Source: an uncultured Verrucomicrobiae bacterium (lineage in GTDB: Bacteria > Verrucomicrobiota > Verrucomicrobiia > Chthoniobacterales > Chthoniobacteraceae). From it: a stretch of DNA of 64,000 nucleotides. The translations under genes and the position numbers were made by a program. The DNA lies in contig CAVYKI010000003.1 in assembly GCA_963769025.1 (NCBI GenBank), forward strand, positions 192,001 through 256,000. The letters are read 5' to 3'. Of the stretch, positions 1 to 10,826 are shown in pieces. Each line of letters begins with the position of its first letter. Position 1 is the stretch's first letter. The notes under the pieces are model-generated. The model had not been told where the DNA came from, searched no databases, and was given only the letters and a program-made list of their open reading frames with translations.

Positions 1-321
1 CCGGTGCCATCCATACATCCACGCATCAAAGACGAGGACAGCTCCGACGATTCGCACGGGAGCAGGAAGCGCGAACCAGTGCAGCAGACCGAACGCTTGT
101 GCTTCCGACCACACCGACGCCATCGACCACAACGCCACAAAGAGGATCCCGATCACCACGGCGTTCAGAACCCCGAAGAGCACATTGCGCAGTCCATGGG
201 CGGCCCTTTTGCCGCCGTGGAAAAAGGCGAAGAACGGCGCGATGCTCTCCCACACGAGCAGGGCGACCAGGATCGCGACGGCGCTCCACAGGCGAGCTTG
301 CGTCCAGTCCACGTCACTCAT
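1..321 (-). CDS. Sterol desaturase / fatty acid hydroxylase family membrane protein (3' part outside window)
   Basis: Hand translation of the minus strand from ATG at 321 (ATGA overlap with the arsS stop): MSDVDWTQARLWSAVAILVALLVWESIAPF...VFDAWMYGWHR. Several TM helices, ending at the start of the first His box. Absent from the ORF track because it runs off the edge. Confidence 0.75.
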   Translation of the reverse strand, partial: MSDVDWTQARLWSAVAILVALLVWESIAPFFAFFHGGKRAAHGLRNVLFGVLNAVVIGILFVALWSMASVWSEAQAFGLLHWFALPAPVRIVGAVLVFDAWMYGWHR

Positions 322-1292
322 TTCGCCGCGGCGGGCAGCGTGCTGCCGGAGTTCAAAGCGCCCGAGCAACTGCTCCCGGCGCCCGCCGTGCAGCCGAGGC
401 AGTGATTCGCGGTGAGGATGGGAAACGCGGCGAGGGATGAAGGGGTGACGTCCCAGAGGAACAGATCCTTGCCGTTGCGCTGCTGCATCCGGAGCATCTG
501 GTTGAAGTCACAGTCGAAGACCTCACCCCGCCAGCCGATGTTGATCGTGCTGCGGCACATGAGGCCCTCGACGGTGGCGGGATTGAAGCTGTTCGCCAGC
601 AGATCCATGTAGGCATCCCATTGCCCGTGCGCACGCAGTTCGGCGGCGAAGCGCGCGATGGGCAGATTCGTGATGGTGAAAAGGCGCGTGAAGATGATCC
701 CGTGGCGCCGCTTCAGTTCGCGCCGGTAGTCGTCCTCAAGTTCCGCCTGATCGGGCGGCAGCTTCGCACCGATGGGATTGTAAACGAGCGTCAGCGGCAG
801 ACGCGTGCCGTAACCCGCCGCGTTGAGCTTTTTCAATGCGCGGATGCTTTTGGCAAAGACGCCATCCCCGCGCTGCTGGTCCACGTTTTCCTCGAGATAG
901 CACGGGAGCGACGCGACGACTTCGACTCCATGCTGCGCGAGATAGCCGGGCAGATACGCGTGGGAATCCGTCTCGATGATGGTGAGATTGTTCCGATCGA
1001 TGACGTGCGAACCGGCCGAGCGCGCCGTCTCCACGAAGTAGCGGAAGAACTCGCTCAGTTCCGGCGCGCCGCCCGTGATGTCGACCGTGGCGGGCTTGTG
1101 CTCGGTGATCCACGCGCCGACGCGATGCGCCGTCGCCTCATCCATCATCTCGGTGCGATGCGGTCCGGCGCCGACGTGGCAATGCGTGCAGGTCTGGTTG
1201 CACTTCCGTCCGACGTTGATTTGCAGCGTGCGGAACGCACCGCGCTTCAGCGGGACGTTGTGCCTGGCGAGCTGTTCGTCGAAGCGGTTCAT
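318..1292 (-). CDS. arsS: Arsenosugar biosynthesis radical SAM protein ArsS (radical SAM plus Cys-rich C-terminal domain)
   Basis: CxxxCxxC motif (CNQTCTHCHV), DITGGAPEL, YDCDFNQ-like FDCDFNQML, and C-terminal HCLGCTAGAGSSC typical of the ArsS/DUF3641 family. Confidence 0.85.
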   Translation of the reverse strand: MNRFDEQLARHNVPLKRGAFRTLQINVGRKCNQTCTHCHVGAGPHRTEMMDEATAHRVGAWITEHKPATVDITGGAPELSEFFRYFVETARSAGSHVIDRNNLTIIETDSHAYLPGYLAQHGVEVVASLPCYLEENVDQQRGDGVFAKSIRALKKLNAAGYGTRLPLTLVYNPIGAKLPPDQAELEDDYRRELKRRHGIIFTRLFTITNLPIARFAAELRAHGQWDAYMDLLANSFNPATVEGLMCRSTINIGWRGEVFDCDFNQMLRMQQRNGKDLFLWDVTPSSLAAFPILTANHCLGCTAGAGSSCSGALNSGSTLPAAAK

Positions 1293-1309
1293 GTGCTCAT
1301 GCGAAACCG

Positions 1310-1765
1310 TTACATCCGCTTTTCCTCGATGTCATACACGTCGAACCAGACATAGACAGGGCGGTTTTTGGGGATGAACTGCGGGATGTAGCCTTCGAGG
1401 AACACCTGGAGTTCCATGGGCATGTCGCACACGCGGGTGCAGCGCATCTTGTTGTTCCATGCGACGATTTCGGCGGCGTCCTTGACCTTCGACTTTTCAA
1501 CGATCCACGCAGCGACCTCGGCATCGTCCGCGCCCGTGGCGACGAAGGCTTTGAATTCGTCCCCTGTGATCCCGGTGAAGCCGAGGAACATCTGGTCGAG
1601 CGGGCAATCGTAGTGATATTCGCCGTTCGTCCCCGCGAGCACGGCCCGGCATTTGTCGAGCGCCCGGCAGGCGACGACGAAGCCGCCGAGCGTTTCGCGC
1701 GGGCTTCGCGGGAAGGTCTTGGTGAGGTCGGGCGCGAGTTTCTTGAGTTTGTCGTTGGTGGTCAT
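1310..1765 (-). CDS. DUF5069-type uncharacterised protein
   Basis: Start at MTTNDK (ATG 1765); PDLTKTFPRSPRETLGG...ALDKCRA...GEYHYDCPLD...WFDVYDIEE pattern. Confidence 0.75.
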   Translation of the reverse strand: MTTNDKLKKLAPDLTKTFPRSPRETLGGFVVACRALDKCRAVLAGTNGEYHYDCPLDQMFLGFTGITGDEFKAFVATGADDAEVAAWIVEKSKVKDAAEIVAWNNKMRCTRVCDMPMELQVFLEGYIPQFIPKNRPVYVWFDVYDIEEKRM

Positions 1766-1787
1766 GGTGGTTTTTGGATTGGAGAAA

Positions 1788-2957
1788 TTAGCAGCAGCCT
1801 GTGCCTTCGCCGCCGGTGCGGCAGTTCGAGGGTTCGGTGGTGGCGTCGTATTCCTGGCCCTTGGTTTCCTTCGGATGGCGGAGCTCCGCGCGTTCGCAGT
1901 CAAAGGGCTGCGCCGTTTCCAGCGGGATGCCGGTAAGCGGTTCGATGAAGGCGAAGTGGTCGCGATACGGCGGCTTCCGGTAGAGGTTAAAGGTCTTGTC
2001 GCACACGGCGTAGCGTTTCCCCCGCTCCATCGCGTGACCGTCGTCGTCGAGCACTTTGAGGAACGGGCCTTTGTAAATCACCGCCTGGTTGCGCTCAAAG
2101 CATGGCCCTTGCTTGCCCTTCCATGCCTGGATGGTGACGCTGCGAAACTCGATGCCCTGCACCGTCTGCCATGGCGCGGTGTCGTATTTCAAAATCTCGA
2201 TGCCATGGAATCCGGCGTCCGCGAAAGCCCGGATGAAACCTTCCTCCGTATAGGCTCCGCTGATGCAGCCGCTCCAGAGAACCGGGTCGCGTTGCAAATC
2301 CTCCGGCATGTCTTCGTCGCTGACGATGTCGGAAATGACGGCGCGACCGCCGCGCTTGAGCACGCGGAAAATCTCCTCGAAGAGCTGCCGCTTCATGCGC
2401 GTTTCGACGAGGTTCAGCACGCAGTTGGAGACGACGACATCCACGGACTCGGTGGCGACCAGGGGACGCTTCACGCGCAGGTCGGCTGCAAGGTCGTCGG
2501 CCGCGAGATAGGACGCAGCATCGGCGATCGGATGCCGGCGCAACTCGGCATCGAGCAGTTCCAGATCCAGCGCGAGATCCTGGATGCGGCCTTTGCGAAA
2601 CTCGACATTCGCATAGCCGGTGCGCTCCGCGACGATGGGCGCATTGCGCCGCGCAACTTCGAGCATCGCATCCGTCATGTCCACGCCGATGACCTTGCCC
2701 GCAGGGCCGACGACCTGCGAGGCGATGAAGCAGATCTTCCCCGTGCCGCTTCCGAGATCGAGGACGGTCTCGCCGGGGTGCAGATGCTTCGAGGGATCGC
2801 CGCAGCCGTAGTCCTTCTCGATGACCTCGGCGGGGATGATTTTCAAATACTGCGGATCGTAGCTCACCGGGCAGCACAGCGCGGCCTCGGATGCGCCCGC
2901 GGCGGCGGCGTAGCGTTCACGGATGGCGGTTTCGGCGGAGGGTTCGGTTGTTTTCAT
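1788..2957 (-). CDS. arsM: ArsM-like arsenite S-adenosylmethionine-dependent methyltransferase
   Basis: LCCP, YGCGDP, VLDLGSGTG (SAM motif I), VVVSNCVLNL, WSGCISGA and a C-terminal CC; lies in an operon with arsS. Confidence 0.72.
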   Translation of the reverse strand: MKTTEPSAETAIRERYAAAAGASEAALCCPVSYDPQYLKIIPAEVIEKDYGCGDPSKHLHPGETVLDLGSGTGKICFIASQVVGPAGKVIGVDMTDAMLEVARRNAPIVAERTGYANVEFRKGRIQDLALDLELLDAELRRHPIADAASYLAADDLAADLRVKRPLVATESVDVVVSNCVLNLVETRMKRQLFEEIFRVLKRGGRAVISDIVSDEDMPEDLQRDPVLWSGCISGAYTEEGFIRAFADAGFHGIEILKYDTAPWQTVQGIEFRSVTIQAWKGKQGPCFERNQAVIYKGPFLKVLDDDGHAMERGKRYAVCDKTFNLYRKPPYRDHFAFIEPLTGIPLETAQPFDCERAELRHPKETKGQEYDATTEPSNCRTGGEGTGCC

Positions 2958-2976
2958 GCGAAAATGAGCGGTGGGG

Positions 2977-4501
2977 TCAGCGCCCACGGCGCCAGGCGAG
3001 CAACCAGGTGAACAAAGACTTTAAACGCGGAGTGAGTCGGGTGCGGTTGTATTGATCGGCCACTTTGCGGATGGCTTCCGCCTGTGTCGGATAGGGGTGG
3101 ATCGTGGCCGCGATTTTGCCAAGGCCGAGCTTGTGCGTCATCGCGAGCGTGAGTTCGGAGATCATGTCGCCCGCGTGTTCGGCGACGATGGTGGCACCGA
3201 GGATTTCATCCGTGCCCTTGCGCAGATGCACCCGCACGAAGCCTTCCGTTTCGCCATCGAGAATCGCGCGATCCACTTCGCTGAATGGCTGCGTGAACGT
3301 GGTCACTTCGATACCGCGTTCCTGTGCCTCCTTTTCATAAAGGCCGACGTGCGCAATCTCGGGCGAGGTGTAGGTAGCCCATGGAATCGTGAGCGCGCTG
3401 GTCTTTTTGCGGCCAAAGAACAGCGCATTCTGAATGACGATGCGCGCCTGGAAGTCGGCGGTGTGGGTGAACTGATGCGGCGAGCAGATGTCGCCTGCGG
3501 CGAAGATGCGGCTGTTGGCGGTGCGGAGGCGATCGTCCACCTTCACGCCCTTCCTGTCATACTGCACGCCCACGGCTTTTAGGTTCAGTCCCTCCACATT
3601 CGGCGCGCGGCCCGCGGCCACGAGGAGCCTGTCTGCGGTGATGTCGCAGCCACGGTCCGGCGAATCGATGATGATCCTCACGGTGCCGCCCTCGCCCTTG
3701 GAAATCGTCAACTCCCCGCCGCCGCCGAGCACCTGCACGCCGTCACGCTTCATGCGCTCCAGAACGATGGCCGAGGCGTCCGCATCTTCACGCGGGAGAA
3801 TGCCGCGCGTGCCCTGGATCAGGAATACTTCGCTTCCGAGGCGCGCGAAGCACTGCGCCAGTTCGCAGCCGATCGGCCCGGAACCGATCACGGCGAGGCG
3901 CCGCGGCAAGTCCGTGAGCGAGAACACGGTCTCATTCGTCAAATACGGCACTTCGCCCAAGCCACGGATCGGCGGCACCGCGGCACGCGCCCCCGTGGCG
4001 ATGACGGCGGTGTGATACTTCAACTCCGCGCCTTCCACCGCGACGCTCCCGCGATCCGTGAAGCTGGCCTGGCCGAGAAACACATCCACGCCCAGCGAGG
4101 TGAAACGCTTCACCGAGTCGTGTCGGCTGATTCCGGCGCGCAGCCGCCTCATACGCTCCATGGCGGCGGGAAAGTCCACTTTCACCTCGGAAGCCGTGAC
4201 GCCAAATCCATCGGCGTCACGCATGATGGCGGCGCGACGTGCCGCGCTGATGATCCCCTTGCTCGGCACGCAGCCGTAGTTCAGGCAGTCGCCCCCCATG
4301 AGATGCCGCTCCACGAGCGCCACCTTCGCTCCCAAAGCCGACCGCGCCCGCTGCAGTCACCAACCCCGCCGTCCCGCCGCCGATGACGACCAGATTGTAG
4401 GTCCCGGAAGGCGTTGGGTTCGTCCACTGGGCAGGATGCACATGCTGGATCAGCGCAGCGTTGTGCTCGTCGGCAGGGAGAATGAGATGCGGGGGTGGCA
4501 T
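2977..4501 (-). CDS. FAD-dependent pyridine nucleotide-disulfide oxidoreductase (mercuric-reductase-like, no C-terminal CC); one frameshift near 4335
   Basis: Joins ORF 4217..4501 (YNLVVIGGGTAG) to 2977..4335 (GGDCLNYGCVPSK, VIGSGPIGCE, HPYPTQAE); one extra T at 4334-4336. Confidence 0.85.
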
Positions 4502-4932
4502 GGACGAGTCTGGAGGAATGACGAGGTTTAACTCGACCTTCGCAATGACGCACGGCCGCCGTGAGGGATGTCATCCTCGAGGCCAGCCGCAGCGAGATTC
4601 AGCCGGCAGAGGCGGCCAGTTTCGCCGGTCTGCTCGGCGGGGAGGCGGGGAAATTCCGCACAGGGGTTCTGTTCACGTTCAGCGACAACGCCGGGAATCC
4701 CGGTCCCCGACCACCTCTTCCCGAGAACGCTTCGAGATTTCACCCGGTTCATTTCCCGACTCATGCACCGAAATTCACCGACCGCAAGGTTTCGAGGCCA
4801 CGCCCGCCCGCGTCGCTCGGCCTGCGGCAGACAGGCCGCGCCAGCGGTCTTGATGGGCTTTTCTCTTGCTCCTAAAGGGCTGCGCAGTGCAGATATCTGC
4901 TGACTTTCGTCCATATTTCACCAAACAAATTC

Positions 4933-5676
4933 ATGACCGTTTCTCCTGCCCGCAGTCTGCTCACCGGCACCGCAGCCATCCTTCTCGCTCTCACTCTCGA
5001 GGGAACCGCCCACGCGGCCATGATGACTTGGGGCACTGCTCAAGCCATCTCCGGCGACAGCGACGTGAGCACGAATGGCACGCTGGTCCGGGCGTTCAAC
5101 TTCGGCAACGGCAGCGTCGCCGCCACCACGGTCAATGGCACGCTGTTCGAAGCGTTCGGCTTCACAGTGGGGTTGACCACCAAGACGGTGGGCGATTTCA
5201 CCCTGGACCTTTCCACTGGCTTCTCTCCGACTGGCAGTGCCACCAGCGACACCGTTGCGCCTTTCACCGGCCTGAGCGCTTCCTACCAGACGCTGCTGGG
5301 GCAGACGGTGAAAGACTCCCTCGGTTCCATGTCCCTGACAATGGCCGGGCTGACGGTCGGAAAGACCTATGAATTCGAGTGGTGGGCCAACCGCTCGCAG
5401 GCAAGCGCGAACCCCTCTGCAACCGAGGCTATTGCGGGCGCCAGCGTCACCCTCACCGCAAATCCCGGGACAAACGCCAGCGTGCTCGGGCAGTTTGCGA
5501 TTGGAACCTTTGTCGCCGACACCACCAGCCAAGTCGTCGACTTCGCCGGCTTCTTCGACGAGGCCATGACGAATGGATTCCAGTTGCGCGACATCACGGC
5601 CGTTCCCGAGCCCGGCACCGGGATCTTCGGGCTGGCCTGCCTCGGCCTCGCCGCACTGCGCCGCCGGCGGCGTTAA
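4933..5676 (+). CDS. PEP-CTERM sorting domain protein
   Basis: Signal peptide, Thr/Ser/Gly-rich body, C-terminal VPEP + TM helix + RRRRR. Confidence 0.92.
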   Translation: MTVSPARSLLTGTAAILLALTLEGTAHAAMMTWGTAQAISGDSDVSTNGTLVRAFNFGNGSVAATTVNGTLFEAFGFTVGLTTKTVGDFTLDLSTGFSPTGSATSDTVAPFTGLSASYQTLLGQTVKDSLGSMSLTMAGLTVGKTYEFEWWANRSQASANPSATEAIAGASVTLTANPGTNASVLGQFAIGTFVADTTSQVVDFAGFFDEAMTNGFQLRDITAVPEPGTGIFGLACLGLAALRRRRR

Positions 5677-5684
5677 AAGCGCGG

Positions 5685-6416
5685 CTACTCGGCAAACAAC
5701 CGCGCAATTTCGTCCTGCATCGCCTGCGCGGCGGCGCGCGGGTCGGGTGCATTGCGAATCGGGCGGCCGACGACGATGTGATCGGCTCCGGCGAGGAATG
5801 CCTCCTCCAGCGACATCGTGCGCTTTTGATCATCGCTCCCCCGCTCGTTCGCGGCGCGGATTCCCGGCGTGATGATCAGCGGTCCGTGGCCGAGTTCGCG
5901 TCGCAGGCGCGACGCCTCCTGGCCGGAGCAGATGAGTCCGTCAATCCCCGCCTCCACCGCGCGGCGCGCGCGCATCGAGACGAGATCCTCGACGGTGCCG
6001 CTCCAGCCGAGTTCCGCGATGTCGCTCGCATCCAGGCTCGTGAGCACCGTCACGGCGAGCAGCTTCATCGCGCCCTTCACCGGCATCGCTCCGGCGTAAA
6101 TGGACGACACGCCGTGCAGCGTGCAGCAGTACGCGCCGCGCGTGGAAAGGTTCGCCACCGCGCCCCGGACGGTCGCGGGCACGTCGTAGAATTTCAGATC
6201 GGCGAACACCTTTTTACCCTGCGCCTTCAGCTCGTCGAGCACCTCGAAGTATTGCCCGCTCATGCAGAATTCGAGGCCGAGCTTGTAGAAGGTCACCGCG
6301 TCGCCGAGCCGGTCGATCCACGCGAGCGCGTCGGCCTTTGTCGGCACGTCGAGTGCGAAGATGAGGCGGTCCTGTGGTGCGATGGATTTTGTCGAGAGCA
6401 GTGAGCGGTCGGCCAT
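5685..6416 (-). CDS. pyrF: Orotidine-5'-phosphate decarboxylase
   Basis: RLIFALD, FYKLGLE, FADLKFYDVPATV, AVTVLTS, TPGIR, DDQKR, VVGRPI. Confidence 0.96.
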   Translation of the reverse strand: MADRSLLSTKSIAPQDRLIFALDVPTKADALAWIDRLGDAVTFYKLGLEFCMSGQYFEVLDELKAQGKKVFADLKFYDVPATVRGAVANLSTRGAYCCTLHGVSSIYAGAMPVKGAMKLLAVTVLTSLDASDIAELGWSGTVEDLVSMRARRAVEAGIDGLICSGQEASRLRRELGHGPLIITPGIRAANERGSDDQKRTMSLEEAFLAGADHIVVGRPIRNAPDPRAAAQAMQDEIARLFAE

Positions 6417-6534
6417 GGTGCGCAGCGAAATGACGGATGCCCGCGCGGGTGGCAATCGGTTTCCGCCTTGCGGGACATCGCGCGGGCGCTACTCTCCGCG
6501 GCCCCAAGGCCAGACCTCGGGTAAAAACACGTAA

Positions 6535-7824
<1,290 letters not shown>

Positions 7825-7849
7825 TCCCGCGATCAGATTTGCGGGCACA

Positions 7850-8600
7850 ATGACCAAGGACTCCCAAGCCGCAGCCACCCGAGAGCCGGACGCCCCGGCG
7901 CACAAGACGCCGCGGCACATCGCCATCATCATGGATGGCAACGGCCGCTGGGCGAAGGAGCGCGGGCTGCCGCGGCTGAAGGGCCATGAGCGCGGCGCGG
8001 CGACCGTCCGCGCCGTGACCGAGGAGTGCGTGGCGCAGGGCGTCGAGTTCCTCACGCTCTACGCCTTTTCCACGGAAAACTGGAAGCGGCCCGACGAGGA
8101 AGTGAGCGGCCTGTGGATGCTGCTCGAACATTTTCTCGCGCAGGAACTGCCGGTGATGATGAAGAACGGCGTGCGCCTCCGCACCATCGGCCGCACTGAC
8201 GAACTGCCCGAAAATACACGCGCAAAAGCTCGCCGAGACCATCGCGGCAACCGCGGACAATCCCGCGACGACGCTCATCCTCGCGCTGAATTATTCGTCC
8301 CGCACGGAACTGACCGACGCCGTCCGCACGCTCTGCACGGACGCTGCCGCCGGAAATCTCGATCCGGCGACCATCACGCCGGAGGTGATCGGCTCGCGCC
8401 TTTACACCGCGAATTTCCCCGACCCCGATCTGCTCATCCGCACCTCCGGTGAGATGCGGCTGTCGAACTTCCTGCTCTGGCAGCTCAGCTACGCGGAATT
8501 TTACATCACGCCGAAGCTCTGGCCCGACTTCGGAAAACAAGACTTGCGCGCCGCCATCGCCGAGTTTCACAAACGCGAACGCCGTTTCGGCGGAATCTAA
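7850..8600 (+). CDS. uppS: Undecaprenyl diphosphate synthase (isoprenyl transferase); one frameshift near 8225
   Basis: HIAIIMDGNGRWA and YAFSTENWKRP in one frame; PDLLIRTSGEMRLSNFLLWQ in the next; extra A in the AAAA run at 8224-8227. Confidence 0.93.
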
Positions 8601-8601
8601 A

Positions 8602-10020
8602 ATGCCCAAAGGTCAAACTGTCCTCGTTGTCGACCCCGATACGGACTTCCTCAGTTGGGCGGTGAAGCAACTCACCGTCTCAGAGTTGCGCGTACTTTCC
8701 GCGACGCATGCGGACGAGGCGTTCAAGATTTTCAGCCGGGAATCGCCCGACCTCGTCATCGCGGACACGCACCTCGAGCCTTACACCGGGCAGCAACTGC
8801 TCACGCGCATCCGCGAACACGACTCGAACGCATTCGTCCTGCTCATCAGCCAGTACGGCACCACGCAGGCCGTCATCGAGGCGATGAAGCTCGGCGCTTT
8901 CGACTTCCTCCGAAAGGAGAGCCTCCCCTTCAACTTCCGCGCCGTCGTGGAGACGACGCTCAAGGAGCAGCGCGCGACCAAAGCCGCCCGTGCCTCGCGC
9001 CCGCAACTTACCGTCGAGCAGCATCAGGACAGCATCGTCGGCCAGAGCGAGGCGATGCAGCAGGTCTTCAAGCTCGTCGGCCGCGTCGCGCACTCGGACG
9101 CGCCCGTGATGATCACCGGCGAGAGCGGCACCGGCAAGGAACTCGTCGCCCGCGCCATCCATCATTACTCGGCGCGGAGCGCGAAGAGCTTCATCGCCAT
9201 CAACTGCGCGGCGATCCCCGAGCAGCTGCTGGAGAGCGAGCTCTTCGGCCACGAGAAAGGCGCATTCACCGGCGCGACCGGCCAGCGCATCGGGCGCTTC
9301 GAGCAGAGCAACGGCGCCACGCTTTTCCTCGACGAAATCGGCGACATGCCGCTCACGCTGCAGGGGAAAATCCTCCGCGTCCTGCAGGATGGCGAACTGT
9401 CCCGCGTCGGCGGCAACGACGTCGTGAAGACGAACGTCCGCATCATCACCGCGACGAACAAGAACCTCGAGACGGAGGTCTCCTCGAAGCGCTTCCGCGA
9501 GGATCTGTTCTACCGGCTCAATGTCGTGCGCGTGCAGCTCCCGCCGCTGCGCCAGCGCATCGAGGACATCCGGCTGCTCGCCGAATATTTCGTGCAGCGC
9601 GTCTCCGAGGAAAAACATCTGCCGCGCCTGAAGCTCAGCGAGGAAGCCGTTCGCGTGCTCGAAGGACACTCGTGGCCCGGCAATGTGCGCGAGCTGGAGA
9701 ACACCATCCAGCGCGCCTGCGTGCTCGCGACCGGCGACATTTTGCTGCCAAAGGACATCCCGCTCGGCGTCGCCAGCAGCGAGCCGGTTCCGACCGGTTC
9801 CATTCAAAAGGAGGAAGCCATCGAGGCGCTCCTGCGTGTCGCGCAGAGCGATCCGACCATCGAGCTGCTCCCGTGGCTGGAGCGCGAATTCACCGTTCAC
9901 GCGATGCGGCAGACGCGCGGCAACCAGGTGCAGGCCGCAAAGCTCCTCGGCATCACGCGCGCGACATTGCGCAAGCGGCTTGAGCGATTCGGCATCACCC
10001 GCGAGCTGATCGTGCAGTGA
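8602..10020 (+). CDS. Sigma-54-dependent response regulator (NtrC family: receiver, AAA+, HTH)
   Basis: Receiver domain, GESGTGKE, GAFTGA, LFLDEIGD, WPGNVRELEN, Fis-type HTH (GNQVQAAKLLGITRATLR). Confidence 0.95.
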   Translation: MPKGQTVLVVDPDTDFLSWAVKQLTVSELRVLSATHADEAFKIFSRESPDLVIADTHLEPYTGQQLLTRIREHDSNAFVLLISQYGTTQAVIEAMKLGAFDFLRKESLPFNFRAVVETTLKEQRATKAARASRPQLTVEQHQDSIVGQSEAMQQVFKLVGRVAHSDAPVMITGESGTGKELVARAIHHYSARSAKSFIAINCAAIPEQLLESELFGHEKGAFTGATGQRIGRFEQSNGATLFLDEIGDMPLTLQGKILRVLQDGELSRVGGNDVVKTNVRIITATNKNLETEVSSKRFREDLFYRLNVVRVQLPPLRQRIEDIRLLAEYFVQRVSEEKHLPRLKLSEEAVRVLEGHSWPGNVRELENTIQRACVLATGDILLPKDIPLGVASSEPVPTGSIQKEEAIEALLRVAQSDPTIELLPWLEREFTVHAMRQTRGNQVQAAKLLGITRATLRKRLERFGITRELIVQ

Positions 10021-10811
10021 AGAGCTGGCTCTGGAACGGCAGCGCGTTCGAGCCATCAGCAGGTGTCCCGATTTCCGACCGCGGCTTCCGCCACGGCATG
10101 TCGGTCTTCGAGAGCATGGCGGTGCGGGATGGCGCGATCGAATTCTGGCCGCAGCACCAGCAGCGCGTGCTGACGGCCTGCGGAGAACGCGATTTTCCGA
10201 TGCCGGAGGCGGCGGTCGGCGCAGCGGGTCCGATCCTCGAAAGCGCAGGCATCAACGGATTCGCGCGCATCTACGTCACAGCCGGCGATGGCGGGCCAGC
10301 GTCGCCGGTCACGCAGCCGCGCGTCTTTCTTTTTGTCGAAGCGCGTGAGCCGGAACCCGAGGACTGCTGGGAACTCTGCTTCCACGACGATTTCTACCGC
10401 CCGATGTTTGGCGGGCTGAAGACTGGCAACTACTGGTTCAACACCGACGCGCTGACGCAGGCACGCGAGCGGAAGTTCGACGAGGCGCTGCTTTGCAATG
10501 ACTTCGGCGAACTCGTCTCGTCGTGCTGCGCGAATGTGTTCGTCGTGCAGGGCGACCGCATCCTCACGCCGTCGCGCGCCTCGGGATGCAGGAATGGCGT
10601 CGTCCGCGAGTGGGTCATCAAGCGCCGGAAAGTGGAGGAGCGCCGCCTGCGCCGCGAGGACGCGACGACCGCTGACGAGATTTTCCTGACAAACTCGTGG
10701 ATCGGCGTGATGCCCGTCGCCACGCTCGAAGGCCGCCCGCTCGGGCCACGGAGCATCAGCTCGAAGCTTGCCGCCGAGTTCGCGCAGCGGCGCGAAGGGT
10801 CGAAGGACTAG
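10017..10811 (+). CDS. Class IV aminotransferase / aminodeoxychorismate lyase-like protein
   Basis: DRGFRHGMSVFESM, LKTGNY, DEALL, ANVF, DEIFLTNS. Confidence 0.85.
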   Translation: MKSWLWNGSAFEPSAGVPISDRGFRHGMSVFESMAVRDGAIEFWPQHQQRVLTACGERDFPMPEAAVGAAGPILESAGINGFARIYVTAGDGGPASPVTQPRVFLFVEAREPEPEDCWELCFHDDFYRPMFGGLKTGNYWFNTDALTQARERKFDEALLCNDFGELVSSCCANVFVVQGDRILTPSRASGCRNGVVREWVIKRRKVEERRLRREDATTADEIFLTNSWIGVMPVATLEGRPLGPRSISSKLAAEFAQRREGSKD

Positions 10812-10826
10812 CGCGGCGCGGCGCCG

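Noticed and set aside
318..1292. Selenocysteine in ArsS (some family members are selenoproteins)
   Set aside because: The C-terminal motif reads SSC with a Cys codon, and there is no in-frame TGA before the normal stop.
2977..4501. Calling the gene merA
   Set aside because: No C-terminal Cys-Cys pair and no merR/T/P nearby.
4502..4932. Riboswitch or small gene in the long intergenic region
   Set aside because: No recognisable aptamer consensus by eye and the short ORFs resemble nothing; an Rfam scan would be needed.
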